DNA of 64,000 nt from Eledone cirrhosa (lineage: Eukaryota): NCBI GenBank assembly GCA_964016885.1, contig OZ024755.1, positions 17,856,001-17,920,000 on the forward strand. The letters are read 5' to 3'. Positions 11,564 through 24,800 of the stretch are shown here, piece by piece. Made by a program: the position numbers and the translations under genes. The notes beneath the pieces were generated by a model. That model was not told the DNA's origin, made no database searches, and saw nothing but the letters and a program-made list of their open reading frames with translations. Numbering within the stretch: the stretch's first letter is position 1; each line of letters begins with the position of its first letter.

Positions 11564-12514
11564 GTGTGTATGATTTTGTTTTAAATCGTTAGATGTATTT
11601 TGTAAATGTAATTTAAAGGAAAAAGATCAATAACAACAATTATTTATCTGTATTAATTTGCGACTTGAATATCTTGTCTTGAGAATGATCAGGTTTGATA
11701 CGTCGACGACTCGTGACGAAAATAATGTAAACTCAATACTGAAAAATGTGTTTTGCGTTATTAAAAAATTATAAATGTGTGTGCATCAAACAATTCTTCC
11801 CCTCATATCAGTACCCTCCCTTACTGAAATTATTATGTTCACATAATTATGAACTTCTGTCATACCGTCGATCTATTTTCGCTGTAAACATTAGCAAGTG
11901 TTTAGCTAAATCATTTCCAGATATATTTCCTATTCAATACCCTGTTTATATATATATATATATGTATATCTACAATATCTGCTGCTACTTCTCTGATTTA
12001 AATCTCGCGAGGGCGCTTGGCTGTTTCAGTGTATCAGCCTCGCCATCACCCGAGGTAACACTGCGAGTGTGCCGGCTTGCCTCAAAAATCATTAGAGAGG
12101 TTGCCCAGTACTCCTCGTTGCTGTCTTTTGCTCTGGTGTTGGCTCCGTTGTTCACCCCTTCCTTTACATTTTCTTTAATATTGTAACATTAAAAGAATAT
12201 ATTTTTCTGAATGAATCGTGAGCTATTTATAATGTTATCTAAGCATTTGTAATGTTATTTATGTATATATTTAAAACATATTTGTTATGTTATTCTACTG
12301 TAAATTTATTTATATGCTCTGTTTATATTTTCATTCTGAAAGAATTGCAAACGATTTGTAATGTTATTTATACAACTATGAATAAAATTCATAGTTAGAA
12401 GTTCGATGATCTACATATTCACTTTTACTTTTATTTGTCCCTGTATTGTGTTTGTTTATTTTGTCAGTTGTCTAATTTAAGGTGTGATTATTTATTTATA
12501 TATGTGAATGCGTT

Positions 12515-12545
<31 letters not shown>

Positions 12546-12788
12546 TGTTATACTTTGGGAGGGTCATGTTGCCAATAATTCAGAAACAAAATATATATAT
12601 ATATATATATATATATTTAAAATAACCGATTAAAGTTTAAGCAAAGAATCGCTGCTTTCACCCTTAACGCGATCATATATACGGTTCTTATATATTTGAT
12701 ATATATTTATCCTTATCGAGCCCTCTTTAGATTTTAGTCTTCAAATTTATTATTATTACTATATATATATATATGTGTGTATATACAC

Positions 12789-12840
<52 letters not shown>

Positions 12841-15800
12841 TATATTAAAAATGAAAGAATATCTAATGTTAAATCTATTTTACCATTTATCTTGAATTAG
12901 CGAGTCTGATTTTCTCTTAATCGAATGCCATTGTTTTATATCATAAATCAGAACGATTTCTCTCTTTCCATATATATATATATATTATATTGTAAGACCA
13001 TAAATCGGATTTTCATATCTGCATTAGCATCGTAAATATCTAGTCGTCGCTTTTATAATTCTTAAATATATGTATGTATTTGCATTGTTTGAAAATATTG
13101 CTCGTAAGACAAAAAAAATAACTAGTGGTACTTATATATATTTATTTATTAATTAGAAGCATCTAGATAACAAAATAATAAAACTAATATATTGGATAAA
13201 TGTAATCTAACAATATAATTAACAGGTTGTAATTTTTTTACTGTTGGATCTGTTGTAATTTCCCTGTAAAGCACAATTTTGAGGGGAAAAAATTAAATTT
13301 GATAGTGAGTTGCAGACGCTTGATATTTTAGTCATGCGAGCTAACGAGAAATTCTCCTCTACATGGTCGATCACCCTGCTAGAAATAGCAGCCAATTTTT
13401 CTCTCGAATTAAGGACACGTTGGATAAGGTAGATCACTGCTTGAAAAAATAAAATAAAATAAAATGAAATGAAATAAGAGTTGTCACCAGCTAAAATGCT
13501 TTTTGATCATGGGTCTGTTCGATCAGGAATAACATGGGGCCAGGCATCAATAGTAGTTTTAGTTAATAATTTACCCTATTTGACTTTCATTTTTATATGG
13601 TAAGGTTTTGAAAAATCCTCTTCACATTCTGTCTCTTTTCCCTCAAGTTAATTTCTAGTATTTACGAAGGAATCTGACACACACAAGTTTCAAATGCATA
13701 ACCGAGAGTATATTCAATTCGATATTCTAACAATACTATTTTACTGTTGTCATCCTGGGGGGTATGAAGTGGGGCTGTCAAAACAGACTGGATCCTTTTG
13801 AGGATAGCCCATACACTTATTCAACTAGCTCAGTGGTTCCCAGATTTAGTAGGTCATGAATCACTTCCCAAATCGCAAAACGCACACCTATATTTTATGA
13901 ACAAACCCTGCCATCTTTATTTTAGTAAGTTGTTTTAGAGAGATCATTTCTTTATGTATCATCATCATCATCACACATCTACTTTTCCCTGCTTGCAAGG
14001 GTGGGACGAGTCTTCTACAGCACAGCACCTCCATTTGTCACGGCCCTCATGGTGGCATATCACACACCACACCATCTCACTTAACTTTTGAAAATTATGA
14101 AACTGAAACCAGTGAAGTTATTAAAAAAAAACAAAAAAAAAACTGAAGTTATTGTAAATAGATCTTCTTAAAGACTCCAATTTTCAACTTCTTTTTCCTT
14201 TATTTTTACCTGTGTAATATATTATTTAAAAAAAACAACCTTTCTTTCTCTTATATCATCATCATCATCATCATCAACGTTTAACGTCCGTGTTCCACGC
14301 TTGCATAGGTTTGGACGGGGGTAGTCCCACTTGAGGCAAGAGTGATTGTCTTGCTCGCATAGGACTGTCTGGCAGGTTTTCTACAGTTGGATGCCCTTCC
14401 TAACACCAACCACATTTACAGTGTGGGTCTGGGAGGTTTTTACCGTGTTGCCTACACGGCCACATTACAGCGTGGACTGTGTGTTTTTTTGTCGTGACAC
14501 CTACACGATCTCATTTGTTTCGGCCTGGATGGCGCGCGGCACCAACATAACTTTACATAGAACGGGGTGGTGTGGATGGGGTAGAGGTGGTATATTTTGT
14601 TAGAGATGCCTACTGGCTGTAGTAGGTTTTACTATGTATTTAGGTAAGGCGGGTCTTCTCTGTTACTGAGTACCGCCAAAGGTCTCGGTCCAGTGACATT
14701 GTCTTGGAGAGGTGTAAGTGTGTGAGGTCGGATATATATATATAAGGGTGGTGCCCTAGCATGGCCTCACCCAGATGGATGGAACAGGTAAAAGAGTATA
14801 AAAATATATATATATAATCATCAACATCATCATTTAACATCCATTTTCCACACTAGCATGGGTTAGATGGGTTGTCCCATTAGAAGTAAGTCGAGTCACG
14901 TGACCGTGTCTTGCTCATACAGAACTGTTTCTGGCTTGGTTTTTACGGCTGGATGCCCATCCTAATGTCAACTACATTTACAAGTGTGTGCTGGGTACTT
15001 TTTGTTGTGACAACTACATGACCACTTTACAGTGTAAGCTGGATGCTTTTTTTGTTGTGATACCAACATAACTTTACTGTGTAAGGGTGGTGTGGACAGA
15101 ATTTGGAGGTGGTGTTGGTGTGTGGGAGGTATATGGAAGGGGGTTTAGTGGTTAAGAGGTGCCTACTAGATGTATGTTTGAGTCCATACACATGGGATGG
15201 CTTGTCTTCTGTATTACTGTATAACATCAAAGATCTCGATCCTGTGTCATTGTCGTTGAGGGGTGCATATAACATGATATATTTTGACTATATTTTATTA
15301 AGACACCTTATAAAACCCACTAAGATTATCTCTAAAAACTCTATTACACCTATGTAGTATCATCATCATCATAAACACCCTTTTATTTTATTTTTTATAA
15401 GTAAAGAAAGACCCCCTAACCCCTAATTAATAATACACATAGATTTATTAAATTCTATTGAATATTACTGCATGTAAGGAAAACAATTAATTGGGCAGTT
15501 ATTATTAGTTTTGTTGTTTGTTTTTTTAATTTGCTCCGGTCTGTAAAGGCCTGGGATTCCTCAAAATAATAAATGTTTCTCCTATGTGTTAAGTTACTCT
15601 AAGCACCTCATTCCTCCTATGTTTTAAGGTGTCCTAAACACCTTGTTGCTCTAAGGTACCTTAACCCATTTACATTACTCTATATATACTATTGTATTTT
15701 CATGGTAAAGGCTTTACCTCACATAATTATCTCACATAATATCGAATCTACGAGATTTTGATATTATTTATTTTGAGAACAATACCTTAACATCAGTATG

Positions 15801-18800
15801 AGTGGCTGGTTACAGCTGGTTTGAATAGAAAGAGGTGAGAGAATTCTGGCCAGATATGACCGGACTAGATGCTAAAGGGTTAAACACCCCATTTCTCCTG
15901 TTTTAAGGTGTCCTAAAATCCCTATTACTCCTATTTATTAGTGTTTCCTAAAATCCCTGTTATTCTTATGTATTAAAGTACCCTAAATTCACTGCTACTC
16001 CTATTTATTAGGATATCCTAAAATACCTGTTACTCCTATCTTTTAAAGGTACATTAAACACCTTGTTTGCAATAAGGTACCCTAAACATCCCTGCTTCAC
16101 CTAAGTATTAGGATGCAAAAAATTGCTATTACTCCTTTGTAGTAGTGGATCCTAAGTACTCTCTCACTCCTGTGTTGTGTTGTTATGACCTTAAAATTAT
16201 ACAACATCACGTCGAGGAGTATTTATTTGAAATATAAAATATATTATACGTTGTTGTTCTGTTGAAACCTCACATACCTCCACCACTTGTCCTCATATAC
16301 TTTATACACACCCCGAAGCAAACATCAACTATGTATGTGGTCGATCTAGGTTGAAAAAAAAAAAAAAAATGTTTCTTTGTTCTCCATTTGTAGGGTTAGA
16401 ATGTTGTACAAAACACAATTTTAAAAAGCAATAGCTTCAATAGCAAAGAGCAAGATGTTAATATTTTATTCCATTTGACGGAGGCTTTATATAAATATAT
16501 ATATATATCATCATACATCCGCTTTTCCCTGCTGATATATATATATATATATATCAGATAGGGTGTGGTAAAAACTTGATACTTGGGGTAGTAGAGTGGG
16601 TAATATGAAAAGATTCAGGACCCCAATGGCTGAGCTCCGGCTATTTCGACATGGCCAGAGCTCAGCCGTCGAGGTCCTGAATCTTTTCATATATATATAT
16701 ATATATATATATAAGAAGTTAGGTAATAGTGACACAATGAGTAATGCAACCTGAGACATGTTGCCACATTAATACTACAACAATGAAAAATACAGAGTCT
16801 GTATTTTCAGTTGTAGTAGTATTAATGTGGCAACGTCTCTGGTCACTTACTTTTATGTATCAGCTGTGCTAGTGCGAGAAATAAAATTCTTATTTTATTT
16901 ATATATATATATAAATATATTGTAAGCCTTTCTAAAGTATTCTTTTACATCAACCCTTTGATGCTTTTATTTTAACCAACCTGAAACTGTCTTTAGTTCT
17001 AGCATACAAAATTGTGTTAATTTTTAATTGTTTATATTCATCTAAAAATGTGTTCTATTATTATTTTATCAAAGAACTTTTGTTAATTAATTATATTACA
17101 AAATCTCTCTAATAATTTTTTTTTTAATTATTATTCTTGTCAACATTATTTGAAACACACTAACAGTGTATTTCATTCCACATACTATTTATTGTATTTT
17201 CGTGGTAAAGGCTTAACCTCACATAATTATCTCACATAATATCGAATCTATGAGATTTTGATATTATTTATTTTGAAGACAATACCTTAACATAAGTATG
17301 AGTGGCCAATTACTGTTGGTTTGACAAGAAAGAGATGGGAGAATTCTGGCNNNNNNNNNNNNNNNNNNNNNNNNNNNNNNNNNNNNNNNNNNNNNNNNNN
17401 NNNNNNNNNNNNNNNNNNNNNNNNNNNNNNNNNNNNNNNNNNNNNNNNNNNNNNNNNNNNNNNNNNNNNNNNNNNNNNNNNNNNNNNNNNNNNNNNNNNN
17501 NNNNNNNNNNNNNNNNNNNNNNNNNNNNNNNNNNNNNNNNNNNNNNNNNNGTTGCTCACTTGTGCTTACATTAATTAAATAAGTTCACAATAGTGATTAT
17601 TTAACAAAGTAAATTGAGTGCATGACATGAGTAATAGAAATTACAATACAAGGAGTATCCAATATCAGCAATAAGTTCTAGCTGTATTTCATGGTTCACA
17701 TCTAAACTATTCTGCATTTGGAAACAAGATATTTTATTCATGTTCATCTTTTCTCTTTTATGTTTTCCAAACTTTCACTAGAACTTAAAAGGTTTTGATC
17801 CAAATGCTAGCTGAGTCAACTATGATCAACATATTCCCAGCAATTTTATATGCATTCTCAGTCCATGTAATGATTCTCAAGGCTGTGATTGGAGCCACCT
17901 AATAGCATAAGATGTGTCTTTAAATAAGATTTTAGCATATATATATATATGTCTCAAGATCTGACAAGTTCTTCGGCATCTCTACCAAGATTTAGGCCAC
18001 TAAACATAAGCCTTTGCTTTCTTCTGTGTTTGCGTGTCATGAATTATAAAAAGAACTTTTGCACAGAATCATTTAGGAATAAATAGCTTTTATTTCAAAT
18101 AATATTATTCTCTACAGACAGTTTCTGAAAAATGTCTGGCAACCTTTGAATATCATTACATAAGCCCCACATTCAATATTGCTCCAAGTGTTTAACTAAC
18201 ATATGCTATAGGCTTTCCAATTTTGAGACATTATTTCTGCTCCAGAACATTTAGAAATATTAACTGTGAGCATAGTTTCACATATGGAATAGAAAGTTGT
18301 CAAAAACAAAGAATTGAGTAAGAAGTATTTTTGTCACCTTAAAATGCCTGTTTTTGATACATTTTAGGCAGTGGCTTGTCAAAATCTTTAGATTGTTGGT
18401 CTCCTTCCTGTTGGTTTTTCCCCGTAAAATCTGTCCAGCAGTTTAATCCCTCCTACTCTTCTTCCACTTATTCTCAGGAATAAGTGGAAGAAGACTTTGC
18501 CCGAGGTCTTCTACCCCTTGGTTTCCTTCCAGTTAGTTTTGCCCCATAAAAATCTGTCCAACTGTTTAATACTGTCCTTTGAAATAAATATCCATTTGTA
18601 GAGTTATCTGTGAAAAATGGATTTCATCATCATCACCGTTTTATGTCCGTTCTTCCATGCTAGCATGGGTTAGACGGGTTGTCCTGTTTTGGGCAGTGTC
18701 CAGTTGGCTGACCTTGTCTTGCTCATACGGGAACTGATTCTGGCTTGATTTCTACAGCTGGATGCCCTTCCTATCACCAAGCTCATTGACAGTGAGTGCT

Positions 18801-21800
18801 GGGTGCTTTTTTGCCATGGCACCTCCACGACCACTTTGCAGTGGAATGATAGGGACCCCAGTCCCTATCATCTCATTTCTACAGCTGAGTAAACTGGAGC
18901 AATGTGAAATAAAGTGTCTTGCTCAAGGAAACAACACATCACCCGGTCCGAGAATTGAACTCACAACCTTTCGATTGCAAGCCCAATGCTCTAACCACTA
19001 AGCCATGCGCCTGTGGATTAATTGATCCATTGGCACCTTTCAGTCCAGCAATAACTGCATTTTCTTGATTAATCTATTTATTTCCGGTTGCTTCTAAAAT
19101 AAATACGTCATTGTGGTAGGTTATACATTATTACACCATTAATTCCTTTCAATATAGACCACATACTGTGTTGGAAAATAGAGCTACTATTTTTAAGTCC
19201 TATCTGAAATCCGTTTACTAAGTAAAGATCATTGATTCTGTTTATCATACACATGATGCTGCATGGTAGTAAAACATGGGATGTGCAATGTAAGTGAGAG
19301 AAAGGCAGAGCTTGGGCAAGCTGAGGGAGAAGCTGAGTTTAAGAGGAATCCGAGGTGGTGTGCATGAGAAGACTGCGTTGATAAACATATGATGTGCATG
19401 AATAATGATCAATGGGTGAAGAAATGCCAGGAAATCTCAATTGTAGGAAACCACAGTAGAAGTGGACCAAGAAAGACCTGGTCAGAGGTGGTGAGAGCTG
19501 ACCTCAAATTGCTGAGACTCACAGAGGAGATGACGAAGGAATGCAGCAAGTGTAGAGATGTTGTGCTGAGAAGGACCCATCCAACCCATGCAAACCTGGA
19601 AACACGAACGTAAAAATGATGATGATGAAGATGAATCTCTTCATCTTAATTCAAATCCATCTGCCAATATACAATATTTACATCAATTGAGGAAAAAAAA
19701 CTTTTTTCTTTGTATGTTAATTAATATGGTTTGAAGATGAGGAAGGAGTTAGATAAAAAAAAAATTTGAATCTTGTCTGTAGAGATTCATTGAACCTAGA
19801 AGCACATGGTTGCAAAGTGAACTCCTTAACCTCACAGCTTCGCTTGTGCCTAATTATTTTGTTAACAACAAAGCCAGAAAAATGGAGCATGCTGCATTTG
19901 AACTGGGAGTTTGTTCCTATTGACAATTAACCCTGTCTTATAATTAGCATTCAATATTAATTCCTTGTCATGAAATAGCTTAGTAAAACACAGTGGTTTG
20001 AGCTGCAAAATTTGCTGAAATGACCCACTTTGTGACACTGAAAGTATTTCTTCCTATATGCAAGTCAGGACCTAGAAGGATGTGATATTCCTCAATTGCT
20101 GCAATTTTTACCATGGCCTAGTGGTAAGGGTGTTGGACATATGATCATAATGTCGTGGGTTTCATTCCTGGAATGGGCCGTGCATTGTTTTCTTGAGCAA
20201 ACCACTTCATTTCACGTTGCTCCAGTAAATTCAGCTGAAAATGAGTACCAGCAGCAACAGTTGGGAGTTTTAACCCTGCGACGAACTCGCATCCTATCCA
20301 GGGGGGAAGTTTTGTGTTCTCAGTTGCTTAATGCTACAGAAACCGGGATAAGCACCAGCCTGATGAGCTTCCAGGCTCAAGACAGACTTTAGCCATTTTT
20401 CTAGATATTTGTATTGGAGCTCAATCATTTCCAACAAGTGTCCCAGTTGATGGAATAGCCAGCTCATGAAATTAACACGTAAGTGACTGTGAGCATTCCA
20501 CAGACACATGTACCCTTAATATAGCTCTCTCAGAGATTCAGCATGACACAAGTGGGACAAAGCTGGCATTTTTTATTACAGCCAAGGAAATCGAGCTAAA
20601 CACCGGCCTGATAAGCCTCTGGGCTTAAGGAAGACTTTAGATTTTGTTTAATTACATAAAATACTTGCATATCAGAACTTGACTGTACTATTGATTGAGG
20701 AACAAACAGTACCATTACTAACAAAGCTAACCATGACTTGACATAGATGCGCTAGGCTAAGTTCTAAGACGAGATTGGGAATCTTTATTTTTTGTCTGAG
20801 TACAATTGATTCTGTTAATAAAAACCAATTTTACAATCTTTACAACTGGAATGTCTTTGATTATAGAGACTTCACATAAAGAAGGAATGTGTATTGATCC
20901 TGAGCAGAAAATCTTTAGCTAGTTCTCCTTGTTTTTGATTTAGGTCCAAAAATTTAAGTCTGTTTATCTTTATTTTTCATAACACACTTAAACCCATTTT
21001 ATACAAAATTGCCTGAAACTACTCTTGGTTCAACAATGGCAACTTCTTTTTCCGTCTTTTAAGGGTCTTCACCCTATTTTATAGCATCTCCATGTATGAG
21101 CACACCACTCTTTATATAAAACTGTTTGTTTTAAAGAGTTTCGATCATAATTATGTAAGAATCTTTATCAAGCCATACTCCGAACATCAGATAAATAATG
21201 AGAAAATTAATTGTATTTTTAAAATCTGTCCAAATTCTTGATTATTTTCAAAATTAAAAATTATAACGTAATGTGTTTCATTAAAAATATAACAACAAAA
21301 AGGTTAAATCTTCAAATGTACAATCTTGAATTGTAAGGTATAGGACAGGTCAGGCTTCTACCTGCTACAGGTATCATGTAACCCAGTACAACTTGCTTCG
21401 TGTTTGAGTGGTTGGCGACTAAACTAGCTCTCCCACCAAACCAGGGTCTTGTGAGAATAGTAAGTAGAACCCCAGCAGCACTAAAAACAAGAGCTGTTAA
21501 AAGGGAAGATGAACTCTTCAGAGTCAATGGCCATCCACTCCAGGGGAGGGCAAGAGAGATGGAGGCGATGACAGTGGGAGTGCAGCGTCAGTTGTCTGTA
21601 GGGAGGTAGTGATACATACATATATGTATATATATTATATTGTTCTCTATCGTTTCACCAGTCAGTTCTATATGTGTATGTATATTTGTTTTTTTATAGC
21701 TGCAATACACCTTTGAATTTCGATTATCTACCATAATGAGTAGTAATACAGTTTCAACATATACATTCTAAAAACAAATGAGTTGTTTCTATGTTTTAAA

Positions 21801-24800
21801 AAGTCTTACTATGGGTTAAACTGCCTCACCAACCTGGAATCGGCCATGCATGGTGAGTATGGCTACAACCCTGACATAACCAAAACCAAACAGAATGTGG
21901 TGGAGGTCAACCAGGGTGAGATTCCTCCGACAGGAGTGAGAAAGCCCTGGATTGGATTGAGGTCACCCAGGGAGGGGTTCCTCCAACAGGTGTGAGAGGG
22001 CCCTGGATTAGATTGAGGTCACCCAGGGAGGGGTTCCTCCAACAGGTGTGAGAGGGCCCTGGATTAGATTGAGGTCAACCAGGGAGGGGTTCCTCCAACA
22101 GGAGTGAGAAGACATTGGATTGGATAGGACATCTTTCAGTTTGATGCTTGTATTGATACCACACAATTCAAGGAATTTTGGCCAAACTAGTTCAAATTGA
22201 TTGGTTGCTATAAATACTTGGAAGTTAAACTCTATTAACCAGGCATCTGTTTTTTAGTATTCCAATCCAAACCTGGACCGTCTCATTCTTGTTGGAGGAA
22301 CCCCTCCCTGATTGATCTCATCTGCTTTCTGTTTGGTCATGTCTTTAGGAGTGTTGCCATACTCACCACACTTGGTCAATTGTCGGCTGGTGAGGCTATT
22401 TAAACCATAGTTGGGGTGGATGGCTGTTGACTCTCAGAAGTTCATCTATCTCTTTTAACAGCTCTTGTTTTGTTTTTTTGTGTTAATGGGGTTCCACTAA
22501 CTCTCCTCACTAGACCAGAGTTTGGTGGAGGAACAGGTTTATTGGGTTACATAGTACCAGTAGCATTATGAAGATTTCCTTATTTATTTACCAGACGCCA
22601 TCTTAGCATCATTAGCTGATTATTAGAGCTGGGAATCTTCACCACCAATTTGTTGCATTTACAGTAATTATTCCTGCAATTATTTTCTTCTCTTGTCTAT
22701 TATTAACATATATTAATGATAGAATAGAGAACAATGTGTAATTAATTAGAATACTATCAATATAACACTGTAGTATTATCGTTTCAAAGGCAGTGACGTA
22801 ACAGATTTGTTAGAATGCTTTACAATATTTATTCCAGTTCTCTGCACTCTGAGTTCAAATCCTGCCAGGGTTGACTTTGTTTTTTATCCTTTCGAGGTTG
22901 AATATATAAAAAAAAAGTACCAGTGCTGGGGTCAATTCTTCTCCTCTGTCAATATCTCTTTCTTTCTCTCTAGAAGAAATCGGTTGCGTTTTAAACCTGG
23001 AGAGTGGTAGGGTCTGCCAGATTTTAAATGCCCAAGAAACACTATATATCACTAGGGCACCTCTATGATCCCACCAGGGGTTACAGGTCCGTACATGCAT
23101 ATTATTATTTATGTCAATTTAGTAGTATGTAAAGATTTAAGTTTAGTACTCTATACTATCTCATTTTATTGTTCCCTACTCTGTCCTGCCTTCCCCATCA
23201 TATTCTCTGATTATTCAACAGAAAATATCTAAAATTGAGTTTATTAATTCAGATGTTTGTAATATCTTTCCTAGATGAAACATCTTTGTTAAAAGTTGCA
23301 GTATTAGAGTAAAGACTTTAATATTTAATGTGATGCAGTCTTACAGTGTTGTTTTGTATTTTTGAAAGAATGTCTTGTTAATGGGGTTTCATGCGGTACA
23401 GGATGTTAAGAATTAATGTGATCTTCAGAAGCAGTGTGACAGAGTGTGACACATGGCCTATCACTAGGCCATGTGTATCGATTGCAAGTATAGTTGTTTG
23501 TTATTGTTGTATTGTTGTTGTTACAGCGCATACCTGTGTAGGTTGAGCCAGTAACCTCTGAGATTGTATGACATAGGTTCCTTGGATGTTTTAATGACAG
23601 GGTTTCCAATCCTTCTATATCATATTATCATTTAAGTAATGTTCAAACTTGTTATTTCTCTTCTCTCTATTAATATTTAGTGTTATTTAATTTATTTAAT
23701 TTATTTAATTTATTCTTTCTTGTAGTTTGTCTTTAGGAATGAATCTGATGTCAATATCACCTTAACATGGGCTGATGATGGCGTAAGTATATTCTTTTAT
23801 TCTTTTACTGGTTTCATTCATTAGACCACAGCCATGCTGGAGCATCATCTTCAAGGGATTTTTTTATCCTATCAACCCCAGTATTTTTTTTTTTTTACCC
23901 GTCCTGTACTTATTTTATCAATCTCTCTCTTTGTTGAACTGCAAAGTTGTTTAACAAATTGACAAGATCCCAGACCTCATTTGCTTGCTGAGTGAGGTGG
24001 AACTCAGCAGATCAGACCAAGGAAACAATGTTTCCATTGGTCTTTCCAATTGCTAATACTATCTTAGCAGTCTCAACACCTGGCAGAAAGAGCAACCTGA
24101 AATAAAGCATTTTGCTCAAGGACATAACACATCACCTGGCCCAGAAATCGAACTCACAACCTAAAAATTGTAAATCAAACTCTTTAACCACTAAGCCACG
24201 CTCATTCACTGTAAACACAGTCTCACACATATATATATATCCCCTCATCATCATCAACATCATTGAATGTTTGTTTTCCCAGCTAGTTCAACTGGTCTTC
24301 ACAGACCTAGTTAGTACTCAAGCAGAGCTACTGACCTCACAGATGGGCTGAAAGCCTGCATCTCATCTACATACATTTCTGCATTCTGCCAAGTTCTCAA
24401 ATAAGCCAGGCTCTCACATATATGTATATATATTTATATATGTATGGCTTAGTGGTTAGAGCATTGGCCTTGCAATCGAAAGGATGTGAGTTCAATTCTC
24501 AGACCGAGTGATGTGTTGTTTCCTTGAGCAAGACACTTTATTTCACATTGCTCCAGTTTACTCAGCTGTAGAAATGAGATGATGGGGACTGGGGTCCATA
24601 TCATTCCACTGCAAAGTGGTCGTGGAGGTGCCACGGCAAAAAAAGCACCCAGCACTCACTGTAAATGAGGTTGGTGTTAGGAAGGGCATCCAGCTGTAGA
24701 AATCAAGCCAGAATCAGTTCCCGTCCCACCCTTGCAAGCAGGGAAAAGCGGATGTAAAATGAAATGATGATGATGATGATGATATATACAAAAAGCTACA

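Noticed and set aside
11746-12186. 146-aa ORF in intron 1
   Set aside because: Low-complexity sequence plus a retrotransposon relic read in another frame; no splice or homology support.
17287-17578. ORFs spanning the N run, and a possible hidden exon in the gap
   Set aside because: Gap artefacts; exon 1 joins exon 2 in phase and without an obvious deletion relative to known sortilin.
20355-20392. CCTGATGAGC..GCTC hairpin resembling a hammerhead (also about 26313, 33590, 54283)
   Set aside because: No GAAA or stem III follows; it is the SINE 3' tail.
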